DNA of 64,000 nt from Botryllus schlosseri (taxonomy: Eukaryota): contig CM119382.1 in assembly GCA_051294905.1 (NCBI GenBank), forward strand, positions 18,290,001 to 18,354,000, written 5' to 3'. A program made the position numbers and the translations under genes. The notes beneath the pieces were generated by a model. It was not told where the DNA came from and made no database searches. It worked only from the letters and a program-made list of their open reading frames with translations. The first letter of the stretch is position 1, and every line of letters starts with the position of its first letter. Below, piece by piece: positions 10,733 to 23,000 of the stretch.

Positions 10733-12699
10733 GTTGAAATTGCTTCTATTACGGCCTGCAGAGTACTCGTGGACACCACACATGCATTGCATACGCTACG
10801 CGCGAAATTGCTTGTTAAAGTACGGAACAACAGCTGGTCATACAAGGGTCGTGGTATCAGTTAGAAAATACAGAACATTCAAATCTCTAGCGGACATGCA
10901 TAACAAACAACAGGACACGTGACTTGCGTTGTCCTAAATATGTAAGCGTATTACCGTTTGCCGGTTCGGAAAAAAAGTAGAAATTGGATCCAATCTTGAT
11001 CCGAGAAGGTACGTCAAAGCATCAATTATTTATATATGACATGAAGGATAGATCCAAAATTGACATAGGTAAGATATGAAAGTTTGCAATTACATATTCA
11101 GAGGCTGCAAACCTGAGATATATTGCAGAAGGACTATGGTGCCAAGTTATTCGAAACTTTCGAGAATAAACACATCGTCGTCAGGCCTATTAGAGAGAGT
11201 TTCCCCGGGGTGATCGGATGCGCCGTACAAGTTTGCATGGGAAATGGGGGTGAATTAGGGATATCTAAATGATTGATGCGGATAAAATCGCACTGTAGGT
11301 CAAACGTCTACTGGCTGGCACGCAATATCACCGGCGTGGTGCGAGCCAGCTCTTGTAAATACCGGCTCTAGGCTCGTTCGTCATGATTTGCGGTTAAATC
11401 CACCGGCAAAAACATATTTCGATACAGCACCATCCCATGTTTCCAAGTATACAGCCCTGCATTCGTCAAAGAAGGTCCACCTTGACGGGAATTATCACCA
11501 CCGGTATGCGCTATTAACCTTTAACCGTCTGTACTCGCTGATATCAGCGTAAGAGTGTAAATAGAATCTGTCTGTCAATGCATTCTAGTTTGCATGGCGA
11601 CTATTCATGCATCATCATGATCCAGACGTGTTGCTTGTTATTTATGAAACACTTGCTATCTCGGTCTAACCCTATGAGGTTAATTTATCTACAAAGATCT
11701 TACTGTAAAAGATCGCGAGTCGGTTACATCTGCTGCACGTATGGACCACACATTGTGTATCTACTGATGGAAACTTGTGTTTCACAAGTATCACTAAGAT
11801 GTGGGGGCGGAGGCCGTTGGAAAATAAAACCCGCTGAATATGCATCGAATACCTTCTCAGCTTTGAGACCGAATTCGTCGCTATTAGGTCTGATAAGGTC
11901 TTGAATTGATATCATATGGTGGAAGACTGACTTGGCTGCGAATGGCCTGACCCTTGGACGTTTTATTATGGAGATATCGAGATAATGTCGCATGTCACGT
12001 CACTAGTATGCATAATGGCGACTTTTTGCTCCAGTCGGCATCGCCTGTTCGGGTTCATGGCTTGGCTGCAGTGACACCTTAGTGACGTCACGAAACGTTG
12101 ACTACATGTTATCGCAATTTCAGGGGAATGGTAATGAAAAATGCAAGGAAACGCACGATGATTTTGTGATTTTTGAAATGGAGTATTCGACCCCCTGGGA
12201 TTGTGTGGTTACAACAAGTGGTTGTCAGTGCATTCCACGCATATTGCAGTAACTAACTCCCAACGTGGTTGTTTACTAGTATATATACCTAATTGCCCAT
12301 GGACTCTATTCGCTAGCTGAATTACTTTGTCTATACCGGGTGATTTATTTCTTCACTTGAACAACGTGGGGTCACACTCGGAATTTCAATCGAATCTTCA
12401 AACAACAGTGGGCCTAGAAATATTAGAGATTATCTAAAAATTCAACGGTACGTACAATCGTACATTCATTGACAACGCGATTTAAAGTAATTCCTTTTTA
12501 AAGTGTATTTAAACCGAATTCCGTTCGTTCCGGAACATTTTACACCCTTGTCGTATGCAGGCGTTGTGAGCAAAACATTTTAATCAGGTTACAAGACTAC
12601 GCATTCAAAACGCCTTCGTGGCTGATCCAAAAACTCCAAGACTAACGCACATACCTCCTCTCCGAATCAAGCATCGTAAAAGCACAGAACCTTGCATAC

Positions 12700-13278
12700 C
12701 TTCACGTATCTTTTTCCGTCGTGAATGCAGTGCGCTGATGTCAAGACGTGCTTCGGAGACAGTAATATGCCCGAGCAGCCGGTTGATATCTTCACGGCGG
12801 TCGAAAACGGATACATAGTCCGGTACTTTCGGCTGTACAGAGAAAATCGTGAGTCGGGTCCGAAGATGTTGCGTTTTCGTCGGCTGAGGGCGGCGTCGTC
12901 GCCTTCCAAGTCCAACTGCGGTTGTGTGAAGTTGGATGTGAATATATCAGCGGGTACATCGCCGACTTGGACATTAGTTACTGTCACCGCCATTTCGCCC
13001 ATTTCCAACGTTTCAAATGACAACTCTTCTTCCACGTCTTCCGTTGTTGTGGGTACCGTGGTGCGCCTCCGTTGACAGTCAATGTCGCAAGCGGTACTCA
13101 CATTTCTGGGTACTTTACCATGAAATTGCACCCGTCTTGATTTGAATTCGGTGATGTCCCGGATTTCGGGTAGACTGGGAGTCGGCCAGGTCGGCACGGG
13201 GCGCTTTTCGGCTGACGCTACGGCTACAATGACCGATATTAAAACCGCTGTCAAAGCGAATCCTCTGACCTTTTCCAT
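12700..13278 (-). CDS. PRSS23: PRSS23/PRSS35-family serine protease, first coding exon (193 aa)
   Basis: ATG at 13278. Hydrophobic signal peptide (MEKVRGFALTAVLISVIVAVASA), propeptide, furin-type site RRKR|NIFGPDSRF (PRSS23: RKRQIYGYDSRF), then YPFSTAVKISTGCSGILLSPKHVLTSAHCIHDGKRYVK with the catalytic His. Ends at donor AAG|GTATGC. The residues after YVK in the ORF track are intronic. Confidence 0.93.
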
Positions 13279-13485
13279 ATTGGACCACCGACGACGATCT
13301 CAAACCTTATGTTTGTGTTGCAAGCCTATTCAAATCATTAGATATACCTGGAAAATTCCAACACAAACATTGCCGTATTAGGCGCGTAACGTGAGAGCGT
13401 AAATATACACCCCCTGTTACGTAAAGGAATGCTGTATCTCAGATGGATATGCGCTATAGCTCAACGATGCGGAAAAGTACATACC
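13279..13485 (-). other. Probable 5'UTR portion (13279-13347) with splice acceptor, plus a candidate upstream donor at 13485
   Basis: Pyrimidine-rich acceptor TGTTTGTGTTGGAATTTTCCAG| at 13348/13347. Strong donor GAG|GTATGT at 13485/13484 would give a 137-bp UTR intron. The true upstream exon could lie much farther away. Confidence 0.4.
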
Positions 13486-14974
13486 TCGGACTCTCGGCCT
13501 ATACCCGCGAAACTTATAAGCTAATTTGAAACACCTGCGTCGGATAATGGGCTTGCTTCGTAAAAGTCTCGGCGAATTTCGCGAAACTGGTTGGTGGCAC
13601 CTTGCATTTTTTGAATTTCCGGGATCAATACGCTTATCACGTGTTCCGTTTGGGTATTCTTTCATTTGCTCGGATGATTATCGACTGTGACGCTGTGTTC
13701 GTATAAAGGTGACCCGCTTAAGGAAAGGGTTCTTTTCAATCTTTACCCTGTACTTGGGCGTTACGTGCGAATGGAGCATAGTGCGAATTTCAATATTTCA
13801 TGAGCCGAATCTAATCCGGTTAAGAGCAGGTTACATACTGATCTAGATATGGGCCGAAAATTAGTTTCCGAGGATGTACGTACAGCATGCTGCGTACATG
13901 CATTTCGAAAAATACCATTGGAATTAAGACGTTCTAGCCCAGGTGTCCTCTGATCTAAATCGGGTCTGAAAATTATTCTCCGAGGATGTACAATGCACAT
14001 TGTACAACCTGTTGTATACTTGCATTTCGAAAAAAAGTAATATTAAAATTATCACACTCTCGCCCAGTTGTCGGCAATCCGCTGTTCATTTTTTTCTATA
14101 TTTTGAGACTCTGTAGCGTCATGAAATGTCAAGAAATAAAAGTCATCTACAAAATTCGTTCAAGTTTCAATAACAAAATAAGCGCCATTCTCTAGGGGTG
14201 ATTAAAAGGGTGCTGGCTTCGAATCTGATGCTATTTTTCTCTATCGGCCTTCAATTTTGAATAATCTCGTGTCCCGCTTCAAAACAGATAAATATGCCAC
14301 TTCGCTGACATCAAACTATCAAGAAATCACTCATTCACTTTTCAGATAGTGACATATTCAGGGACCTTAAGCGAAGAGTTCGATGTTTGACCTAACCTTC
14401 GTGTCTAGTCCGTACACATTCGTCATGAGAAGCAAAATCTCCCCCACATGCTATTCACCGGACATGGGGTGATATCTGCATCAATGCAATCGACAGCGAG
14501 TACCATTACTTCTCAATCGTGTGAGTACGACCACGATTACAACAAAATCTCGAAGTCGATTACGATTACACGGAAAACCGCGATTAGTCACGATTCACGA
14601 ACTTAAGTTGTTTAAACACATATTCGAACTTCGAAGACAATATAACGATTGTGACGATCCTACATCATGAGGGAACAACGATTGTTTGAAACATATCACT
14701 TCATATTTTGCTGGTTGCGTCACGATATATCCATTGGCCAACTTTATCGCAAACGATTTCTCGGCCTCAACAGTTTTCATCTTCCTAGCTACACACGAAG
14801 CTAACACGGTGCATAAGTGGTCGGCTGATCGCATATTCAAATTCTGAGTAACGAATTGTGTAATAATGATCGGTACCGGCTTCCAGTAAGACCATGCGAA
14901 AATAAAAGAAATAGGAAGAAGTCAAAACTGCCAAGAATGAAGTCACGTCATAATCTACTTAAAGGTCATCATCA

Positions 14975-15158
14975 AAATGTGTAAATTGGGGGTGAGGCAA
15001 GAAGACTCTCCGTCTCTGTAGTAGAACTAGAAGATGGGGAAATTTGACTTTTCATTCAAAATGAGTATACTCATAAAGTCTCTGGAAATTGAATGGATGA
15101 CTGACCAAGTTTTGATGCTTGCAAAATGGCATATCTACAGATGGATACGTGATTACTA
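14975..15158 (+). mobile_element. Possible highly decayed L1/Tx1-clade ORF2 3' fragment
   Basis: Two frames read KCVNWG*GKKTLRLCSRTRRWGNL and QVLMLAKWHIYRW. These loosely resemble the zf-RVT motif and the following ..ILLAK..IY.C motif. Needs frameshifts; weak. Confidence 0.25.
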
Positions 15159-16332
15159 AATATTGAATGCCGTCGTGGAAAAAGGACGTGAGAAACCATC
15201 TCATTACTAGTAAAGCATGACTCTTATTCTTGTTACTGAAACTGCACGATAATTATGTAGTTAAATGTTATTTATTGACATTTAATAATGCTACAGGGCA
15301 TGAATGGGCATTGGGCAATCGGCGCGACGAAGCCCCATGTTCCGGTTCCGCGGGATGTGGAGACCCTGCCTATACGCCGTGTGGTTGCGCAATACCAGTA
15401 TAAAAGATATATACGTTCAGTTTTTATGATGTATGTGCCCGGTAAGACAGAGGTTATACATTCACAGTCATTTGTAACCGGATCATATCTAAAAATGATC
15501 TCGGCGCAACGTAGCAGACTTCTACTCTTTGACGTAAGTAACCGTTCAGTTGATATGTTACGATGCAATGAATAGAACAGGCTCAAGTGTCATAAGAGCA
15601 GCGAGTCATTTATCACGATGAGTATTTTAAGCCCGCGCTCTTCTAACAGGTACAATGCCGTGTTGTAATTGAGATATTGCTTGTTGCTGTTACATATTGC
15701 TCAAACGCTTATTTTGTAAATAGTCATTTATATTAGTTGTGTAAACTAACGTATATTGCATTTCAAAGGACGCGGCAACGAAAAACGATCATCGTTCACA
15801 AGCGCCTTCTTATTTGCCAGAGGAAGACCAATTACCCCGACATCTGCAGCGTGAAGTGAAAACGCAAATTGCCGTGCACTTGCAAATGGAATTAGCAATG
15901 GTTACGAAGCGGGCGGTTACGTCATAAGACGCACATTATGCACCGTAAACGGAAATCGTGAATTTTGCTGACTTCCGCCGTAGCGTAGAGTGCTAATCCG
16001 GTAAACGGCACATTTTAGACAGAATTTTACTTTCACACCCATTCCGATGGATGAAAACCAGCCAAATACACCAATCCTCGTGGAGATATATCCCAGGCGT
16101 GGAGTAAGCCTGTTTTCGTGGGTGCAAAACGGTGATACGCGTAATTAGAACACACTATGCGTATACCCTATACATGCCTTGGTATACCTCCATAAGGATC
16201 GGTGTATTTGGCTCACCTATCGGAATTGGTGTGAAAACAATATTAGCCCCTTGAAAGTGCCAATGACTCGATTTACTTTTGACGCTATGCGTAAATCTTG
16301 CAAATAAGCACGTTTTACAACCATCAATTTAT

Positions 16333-16362
16333 AACAACAACAACAACAACAACAACAACAAC
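16333..16362. repeat. (AAC)10 microsatellite
   Basis: Ten perfect AAC units. Confidence 0.95.
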
Positions 16363-16994
16363 TCAAAACGGGTCGAGGGCCACTTTTCAAATTTCTTAGA
16401 GGCCTTGGGCCGCATGATTTCAATATCGAGATAAAATAAGCAACTCAGTTTAACAGCCACGACTTCTAAACTTTACGTTATTAGTAGAACGCTGTGATCT
16501 CTAACATGGTTGACGGACATAGTTACTAAAAAGAAGTAATATTATATTAAAGAAAAAACAAATACAACAAAAATATCACGATCATCACTTTCATTCTAGC
16601 TTGAACTGCGAGCTACGTACGATGCCTGACAACGCATTTGAGCGACTAAGGAATCGATATTTGGGATAGCTAGAAACCATACTTGCTGGAAAACTCTCCT
16701 CGTAAAGCTTGATCTTTTGGGGAAGCCTGAAGTTGTTTTCTAAGCGTCTCGGTCTTGACGGTTTCAGGTGGTGTCTTCCACTTTAAGGCAATATGTCCCG
16801 TCCATTGTACAGCCCATTCGTATCAGCTGATTCTTCCTTCATAGAATGCTATTACCATCGCCAAAGCCGTATCAGCTAGTGAGGAATACTGATGCTGGGC
16901 ACACGACAAAAGCTAATTTTGAACTCAAATCATTTTTAGCATTTCAAAATGCATTACTAAGCGTTCTTCCGAAATCTCATACCAGGTCGCGGAC

Positions 16995-17083
16995 GGCAAA
17001 ATTTGACCTCGCGGGCAGCGTGACGGTGACCCCTGATTTACAGTGTGCGGTGCGTATCTTAACCAATGAGCCACAGCTCGGTC
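16995..17083 (-). mobile_element. Possible tRNA-derived SINE head
   Basis: Minus strand reads GACCGAGCTGTGGCTCATTGGTTAAGATACGCACCG (A-box-like TGGCTCATTGG) with a degenerate B-box-like GAGGTCAAATTTTGCC downstream. Confidence 0.35.
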
Positions 17084-20000
17084 ATAAGCGTAAGCTATAT
17101 ACATTTCCCTTTCAAAGCATTGAATTCCGTCATGAGGAATTATGCAAAGCTGGAAATAGATTGCCGCACGCAGCTTGATAATGCGGTAATGCGAAACACA
17201 TCTCGATGGTGGAGATGGCGGGAGATATTTTGAAACACAGCAACTCGTGCTGAACACCACCGTCAAATGTGCCGTCCTTATATTGAATTTTGTCGCGCTC
17301 TTATAGCGAAGAGCGTTACACCCGGCATGCTTATGTTTCAAGGGTACCCTTGAGACTTATGACTTGCTGTTTTGAGAGTCTTATTTCTTTTTATCGACCA
17401 ATGGTCAAAGTTAGAATTTGAAGGGGAATAATGTACATTGCAACAAACCAATCGATTATTATGACGCAGCAATTCGTATGAATGGCTGTGTAATTCAGCA
17501 CAATTAATTACTTGAATTTGTCTATACCAGGGATGGGCAACTTTTTTGCTATTCACGTACGCATTTCGATTATAGCCTACGTCCGCATTCCAGAGCATAC
17601 GCCGTAACGAACTAACCGGACGCCAAATACCCATTTCCGGTGAACTCTGGACTGATCTACCTTCTCATATCGGCTCACTACACGCACCGAAATCTCGAGT
17701 GGCCATGTTTTATATAATTACTGGGAACAGTTATGGTCGCGCGAAGCGCGAAAATATTTTCAGATTCACAAGTGAATTTCGTCATTATTGTTAGTATATT
17801 CACATGTTACAATCAAATATTTATCCTTTATCATCCCATGTGATCAGATTCACGGGTGAAGTGATGGAGGTAGTGTCTTCGGAGATTTAGTGCAAGTGGC
17901 ACATTATGATGCAATTCAATTGTTATTAGTCACTTCGTTGCATGCTGTTATTTCTTGACCTACCATCAGGATTGTCGGTATAGATAAGCTATAGTGGAAA
18001 TATATTGGAATCGCCTCAACGTACCAGAAACAAATTTCTTTCGTGAGAAGCACGCGATTCCAAGTTGGAATTTCTCTATGGGGTGTATCATTTTTCTCTC
18101 CTGTCCGCGTCTGTACTGTGGGGCTCAGATTGCAAAGGGCGCTACCATAAAGTATAGCATTATATCGCGCGTAGCGCGAAGAAAATTTCAATATAAATTC
18201 CTCCTTCACTGCTTTTAGAGTTAAGATGATAGATAGATTCGAGTGAAAATGGGCACAAATGACGCTAAACAGGAAATTCGTGGTTTGAACGTAAGCAATG
18301 ACGACTTTTTTAAAGTCAACCAACCAAAATTTCGTGGTAAATTTTCCATTTTCCGGATTTTACTTCAGTATTGAAAGTCTGATGTGATGAATGATGTGAA
18401 TGAATGATGTGACACGTTTATGTATTCAAAACAGACAAGATTTTAGTAAGTTTGTTGAATTTGCTTGCTTGCAAACAAATCTTTCACTCGTGGTTCAATT
18501 GCAGCGAGTGAACAGCGTAATTCTCCTTCAACTTTATTTTAACGTGACATGGAATGCAGCTTTGCCAAAAAGGGATCCAAACACAGGGTCGAAAAGCACG
18601 GCTTGAGGACGCTATGGGAAAGTGGCCATTAGAAAATAATAAAAACATCATATCGAGTTCCCATTAACTTGCAAGCTTCGCACGGTTCATCCTTCTATCT
18701 ATATAGAATAATATTTGATAAATCAACAGATCAGATATCTTCAACATGCTCAACAGACGTTTGGACGGTAAGAGAGTAGTCATTGGGAAGTGAACGCACA
18801 AATTTTTGTCACCGGCGCGTGGAAATAACGAAATTCCACAATAAACACAACTACACGATACAATTACTCAGATACCGAGATACCTAGGAGGGAGTGCGAT
18901 GTTCTCATTTCTAGGAAGTATCCGGGGAATGCAGAGACGCTTTTATCCAGCTAACGTAGTTAAATTTAGTAAACGAGTGGAAAAATAGAAGCAGGATATC
19001 CGCGCAACATAATTCCCGTAACGGACTGTTTGAATATTACGTAACAAGACACCCCGTTGTTGATTCGTTGGGATTGTATTTCTCGAATGCTTTATAATGG
19101 ACAAGACCAGAAACGCCAGACACAACTTACAAGGCGGGAATATCTTCTCAAGACCACGTGGGGTTACCAACGGCAATCATGCGGGACGACCCGGAACACG
19201 GTATTATATGACGTAAAATACTGTGCCGAGTTATTTTCGTTAATCTCTCTCTCACATAGTGATGTAATACAGTGGTTGTCAGCTTTGTATGCTTGGAGGA
19301 ACGGTAACATTTCAAAACAGATTTGGCGAACCGGTGAACCCTCAAAAATCAAAATCTAATTACTGCAAATATATGCAACTTGAAAGAAAATATTGGCAAC
19401 TACAATTTAATGATAAATTTGCAGCTGCTTTATTGATATTACATGTGTTCTGTGTGGTTCTACTATCAGAATTTTCGCAAGGAGAAGTCATGTTAAAATA
19501 TCCTCAAAACTTCGCAGATTATTCGGTGTCTTTTGAAAGAATCTCAATCTCGCTATTGCTGGACTCTAGACTGCCAAATGTGGCTAAATTGAACTCTCGA
19601 AATTTAAAAAGTCTTCATAGCTTTCACGAATAACTGGTTGTAGGCTATGTTTAAACAGTTAAACAGTTTGGCAGGAAGCTTGAAGCATTCTGATGTACGC
19701 AAAGTCCATGATAAACCATGAACTCTGTATTATGACCTAGTTCCGAAAATCCGTTCCTAATTTCAAAGCCAACTTGAAATATGTAGTTTCATTTCTCTAT
19801 TGAATGGACAAGCGTCCAGCTGTCCAACTTTTTGCTTGTGATTGAGATATAACATTGTAACATATTTGGCGGAACGGCGAAAAAGTTGATACGCACGGGC
19901 GATCACGGATGTAATCCCTGCATAAGCTCGTATCCCGGCTAACTTGGGTCAATTTGTGTTCGTATGGCGTTTTTGGCAAGTCGGTTATTTCTGCGCGGAA

Positions 20001-23000
20001 GGAAAATTACTGTGAATACACTGTTAACCAGTGACGTGTGTTTTCAAGATTTCCATCGCGTCACGGGGTATAAAAGGCTCGCAGCGCTTCTTGATACCAT
20101 ACTCATTTTTCACATTCATACCGATTGGTGTAGATGGCCCGAATGCACGTATGAGGTCATATGGATAGGATGAAGTGGTTTCTGTTAACGCACGCTAACC
20201 GAAGATGGCGTATGAAAGGTAAACTGAAACCAGCTCACCCAGTGCGCGCATAAGGCCGCATTTGATACGCGCATTGTCTCATTCTCCCCAGCTGGTACAG
20301 TTGTGAGGGCCGAATAATGTACCAGAAAGCCACGCTGAATTGATTAGCGCCCCAGGTGAGAAACTTGGCAATCCACTTATTTACAGTTCATACATTGGTA
20401 TGTATCAATATCATGAATTCTTCAAATTTATTTGTTGCTAGTTCAATATCTCAAGTCGGGCGTTGTAAACTATAGCTTGTTTCGATTTCAGTCAAAATTG
20501 TTACAGGAAACAGTCAATTTCGGGCGTTGTCAGTACTTTTGCAGAGTGTTTTTCAACATTTATTCATCGCTAAAAATATCATAATCCTTCTCACTTGTAA
20601 CTGTAACCCATCGCTGCCCCCCTAATTTTGTTTCCCACTGGAAATGCAGTCTCTAAAATATTTTAGATCTCGGTATTCCTACGCTGCATTTGACCAGACT
20701 ACGCTATAAGCGGCGTCCTTCCATCGAAAAAATTACAGTTTGGTCGCCATAATTCAAGATTTCCAAGATATATTTACAAGGAAAATTTCGTGCTGAAGTA
20801 GCACGCCCGAACATCTCATATACGAAGAGTCGCAACGCCTCCAAAATAGACACGGGATACCATTTCATTCTCTATCGCAGCGCTTTATTTAGTCAATAGA
20901 ACTATCGGAATGCCTAAGAAAACATTGTAATGTAATCTAAAACAATGTAATTCATCTGTACCTCGTAAAAGTAGTTAAAACATCATGGTCGTCGTGTAAT
21001 GGACACGCTTAATTACACCAATTCTATTTATGGAACGTATAGGTATGCCGCACAAAGAAGATATAGCCGACTCCGACGAGCCCAGAGTACGCCACCCAAC
21101 AGGGCCCGTACATCCATATCCTTGAATTCCCAACTCGGATAGTAAAACCATAATCGCACTCATGTAATCTAATTTTTACATACATTTGCTAGTGTTGCAA
21201 ATGTTCCAGTAATACCATTTATAAAGCCTCAAAATTGTACTGAATTATCGATAGAGATAACAGCTTCGAACTTGAGATATTTGCTTAAGTGTAAAACCGT
21301 CCGCGAAAAATTGATGGGTGCAAAGAATGGATGTAGTGCTGCGCGACGGCCATGAAATCGTTGTTTGATACGCCAGAACGCCTTTTCGTTTAAAATTAGG
21401 TGTCGCGGGCTGATTAATGTGGCTGGGCCGGGATGGAAGATAAGTTAAAAGGTCGAAAGCACTTTTGAAATATGATACAAGTAGGCCCCTGCGAGCCAAA
21501 TAAACAAGTAATTTTAAGCGTCGCTTAGGCAATGGAGAGAAAGGGTGCTTTTGAGGGTACGTTGACGGCAACTTCACTGTTCCGATGCAAATTGCCGTTT
21601 ATATCACTGGAGCAAGGTAAAGTTGCATTCATTAACTGTAACATAGCGGATTCTCCCTACCCTTGAAGCGTGCGATCTTTTTTCGACATGCTAATGCCAA
21701 CTTTACTGTCACGATGCCAATTACCGTATAACGCCATATGCAGCCCAGTTTTATACTTTAGCTTTAACCCAATAATACTATCAATCTTTCCTACCTCATG
21801 TTGAGTTAAAAATGATTTAATCATCCCGAGACATGATTCATATTCAATTTTGATGGCCACTATGTGTGTGATTTTTCCCATCGTGCCCATCGACATATGT
21901 ATGGCGTTATACTTCGATAGAGAGTTCGCTGATTTATCCTTCCAGAATTCGTCATACCGCTTGTCCCTAACATTATCACGAACTTACTGGTCCGGGGCGA
22001 AATATAATCTTTCTCGCAGTGCAATCTCAATTGGTGTAGCAGGATGAGAAATTCTAAGCTTGTAGAATGCATAAATGTTGGAGCTCCCGTTGAGATCGCC
22101 AGTAAACATCCATTTTCCAATGACCAAAGCGCAAAAGTCAGACTTGAAATGCACTGAACGCATTCACATTCTCAACACACCGGAGCTGGAACTTTTACGA
22201 CCTACTCAATTAGGAATAGACCTGTAAATGATAGAAGAAAAGAAATTGTTGAAAATATTATACCGGGGCATGATCATTATTATATATATCATAAGTATAT
22301 TACAAGTTACCTTCGGCCCGATTGTAGAGCTATTCCCTAATAATACTGTCAGTGTCAATGCTAGTTAAATATTTGTCAAGAGTACACTCGATATTCCAAT
22401 ATGTCGAGTGGGCGCGAGAGAGAGAAATGACACTTTTACACTTCCAATTTCAGACCCGTAGTATTGTGGCATCAGCCTCAATCGCCATTGCCTATAGGCT
22501 TATATATAAAAACTCTGATTATATCGAACATTGAAAGTCGCTTTATCGATCATGGACGAAGGGATGTCATTGGGCTTAACTTCTTGCTCATACCTCGCAA
22601 TTTGAATATTCTTATTTCTGTAGATTAGGTAAAACTGTAAAATGTAAACGATGGGCTAATCAAAGAAAGGCAATTAAATTGCCAAGGCATCAGCCGATTA
22701 TCAACTGAGAAAAGTCGCAGGAGCGGAAGATTAGCGATACCTACACAAAACAAATACAAAATCCCGAAATTTCGCTCAAAGTATCGAAAATATCTGCCTA
22801 AAATATCTCATACATTCTGACGTTTCCGGGAGTAAACACTGAACGCTGAACAGCACCCGCTATTCTGCAAACGCTCCCATGGCTATATTTTTAATAAGAA
22901 CATCGCATGGGCCTTGATTGGTCCAAAAGTCTGTATACTCTATGTTGTTTCTGGTCACGCCTGTGCTGCCAGAACTATAAAAGAGAGTTGCCGAAACTTT

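Larger units (their letters stand above)
1163..12699 (-). other. Phase-0 GT-AG intron of the PRSS23-like gene (11,537 bp)
   Basis: Donor AAG|GTATGC at 12700/12699 and acceptor TTACAG|G at 1163/1162. The join keeps frame and restores the conserved YVK-G junction. Confidence 0.88.

Noticed and set aside
13702-13707. TATAAA near the protease 5' end
   Set aside because: It is on the + strand, opposite to the gene's orientation.
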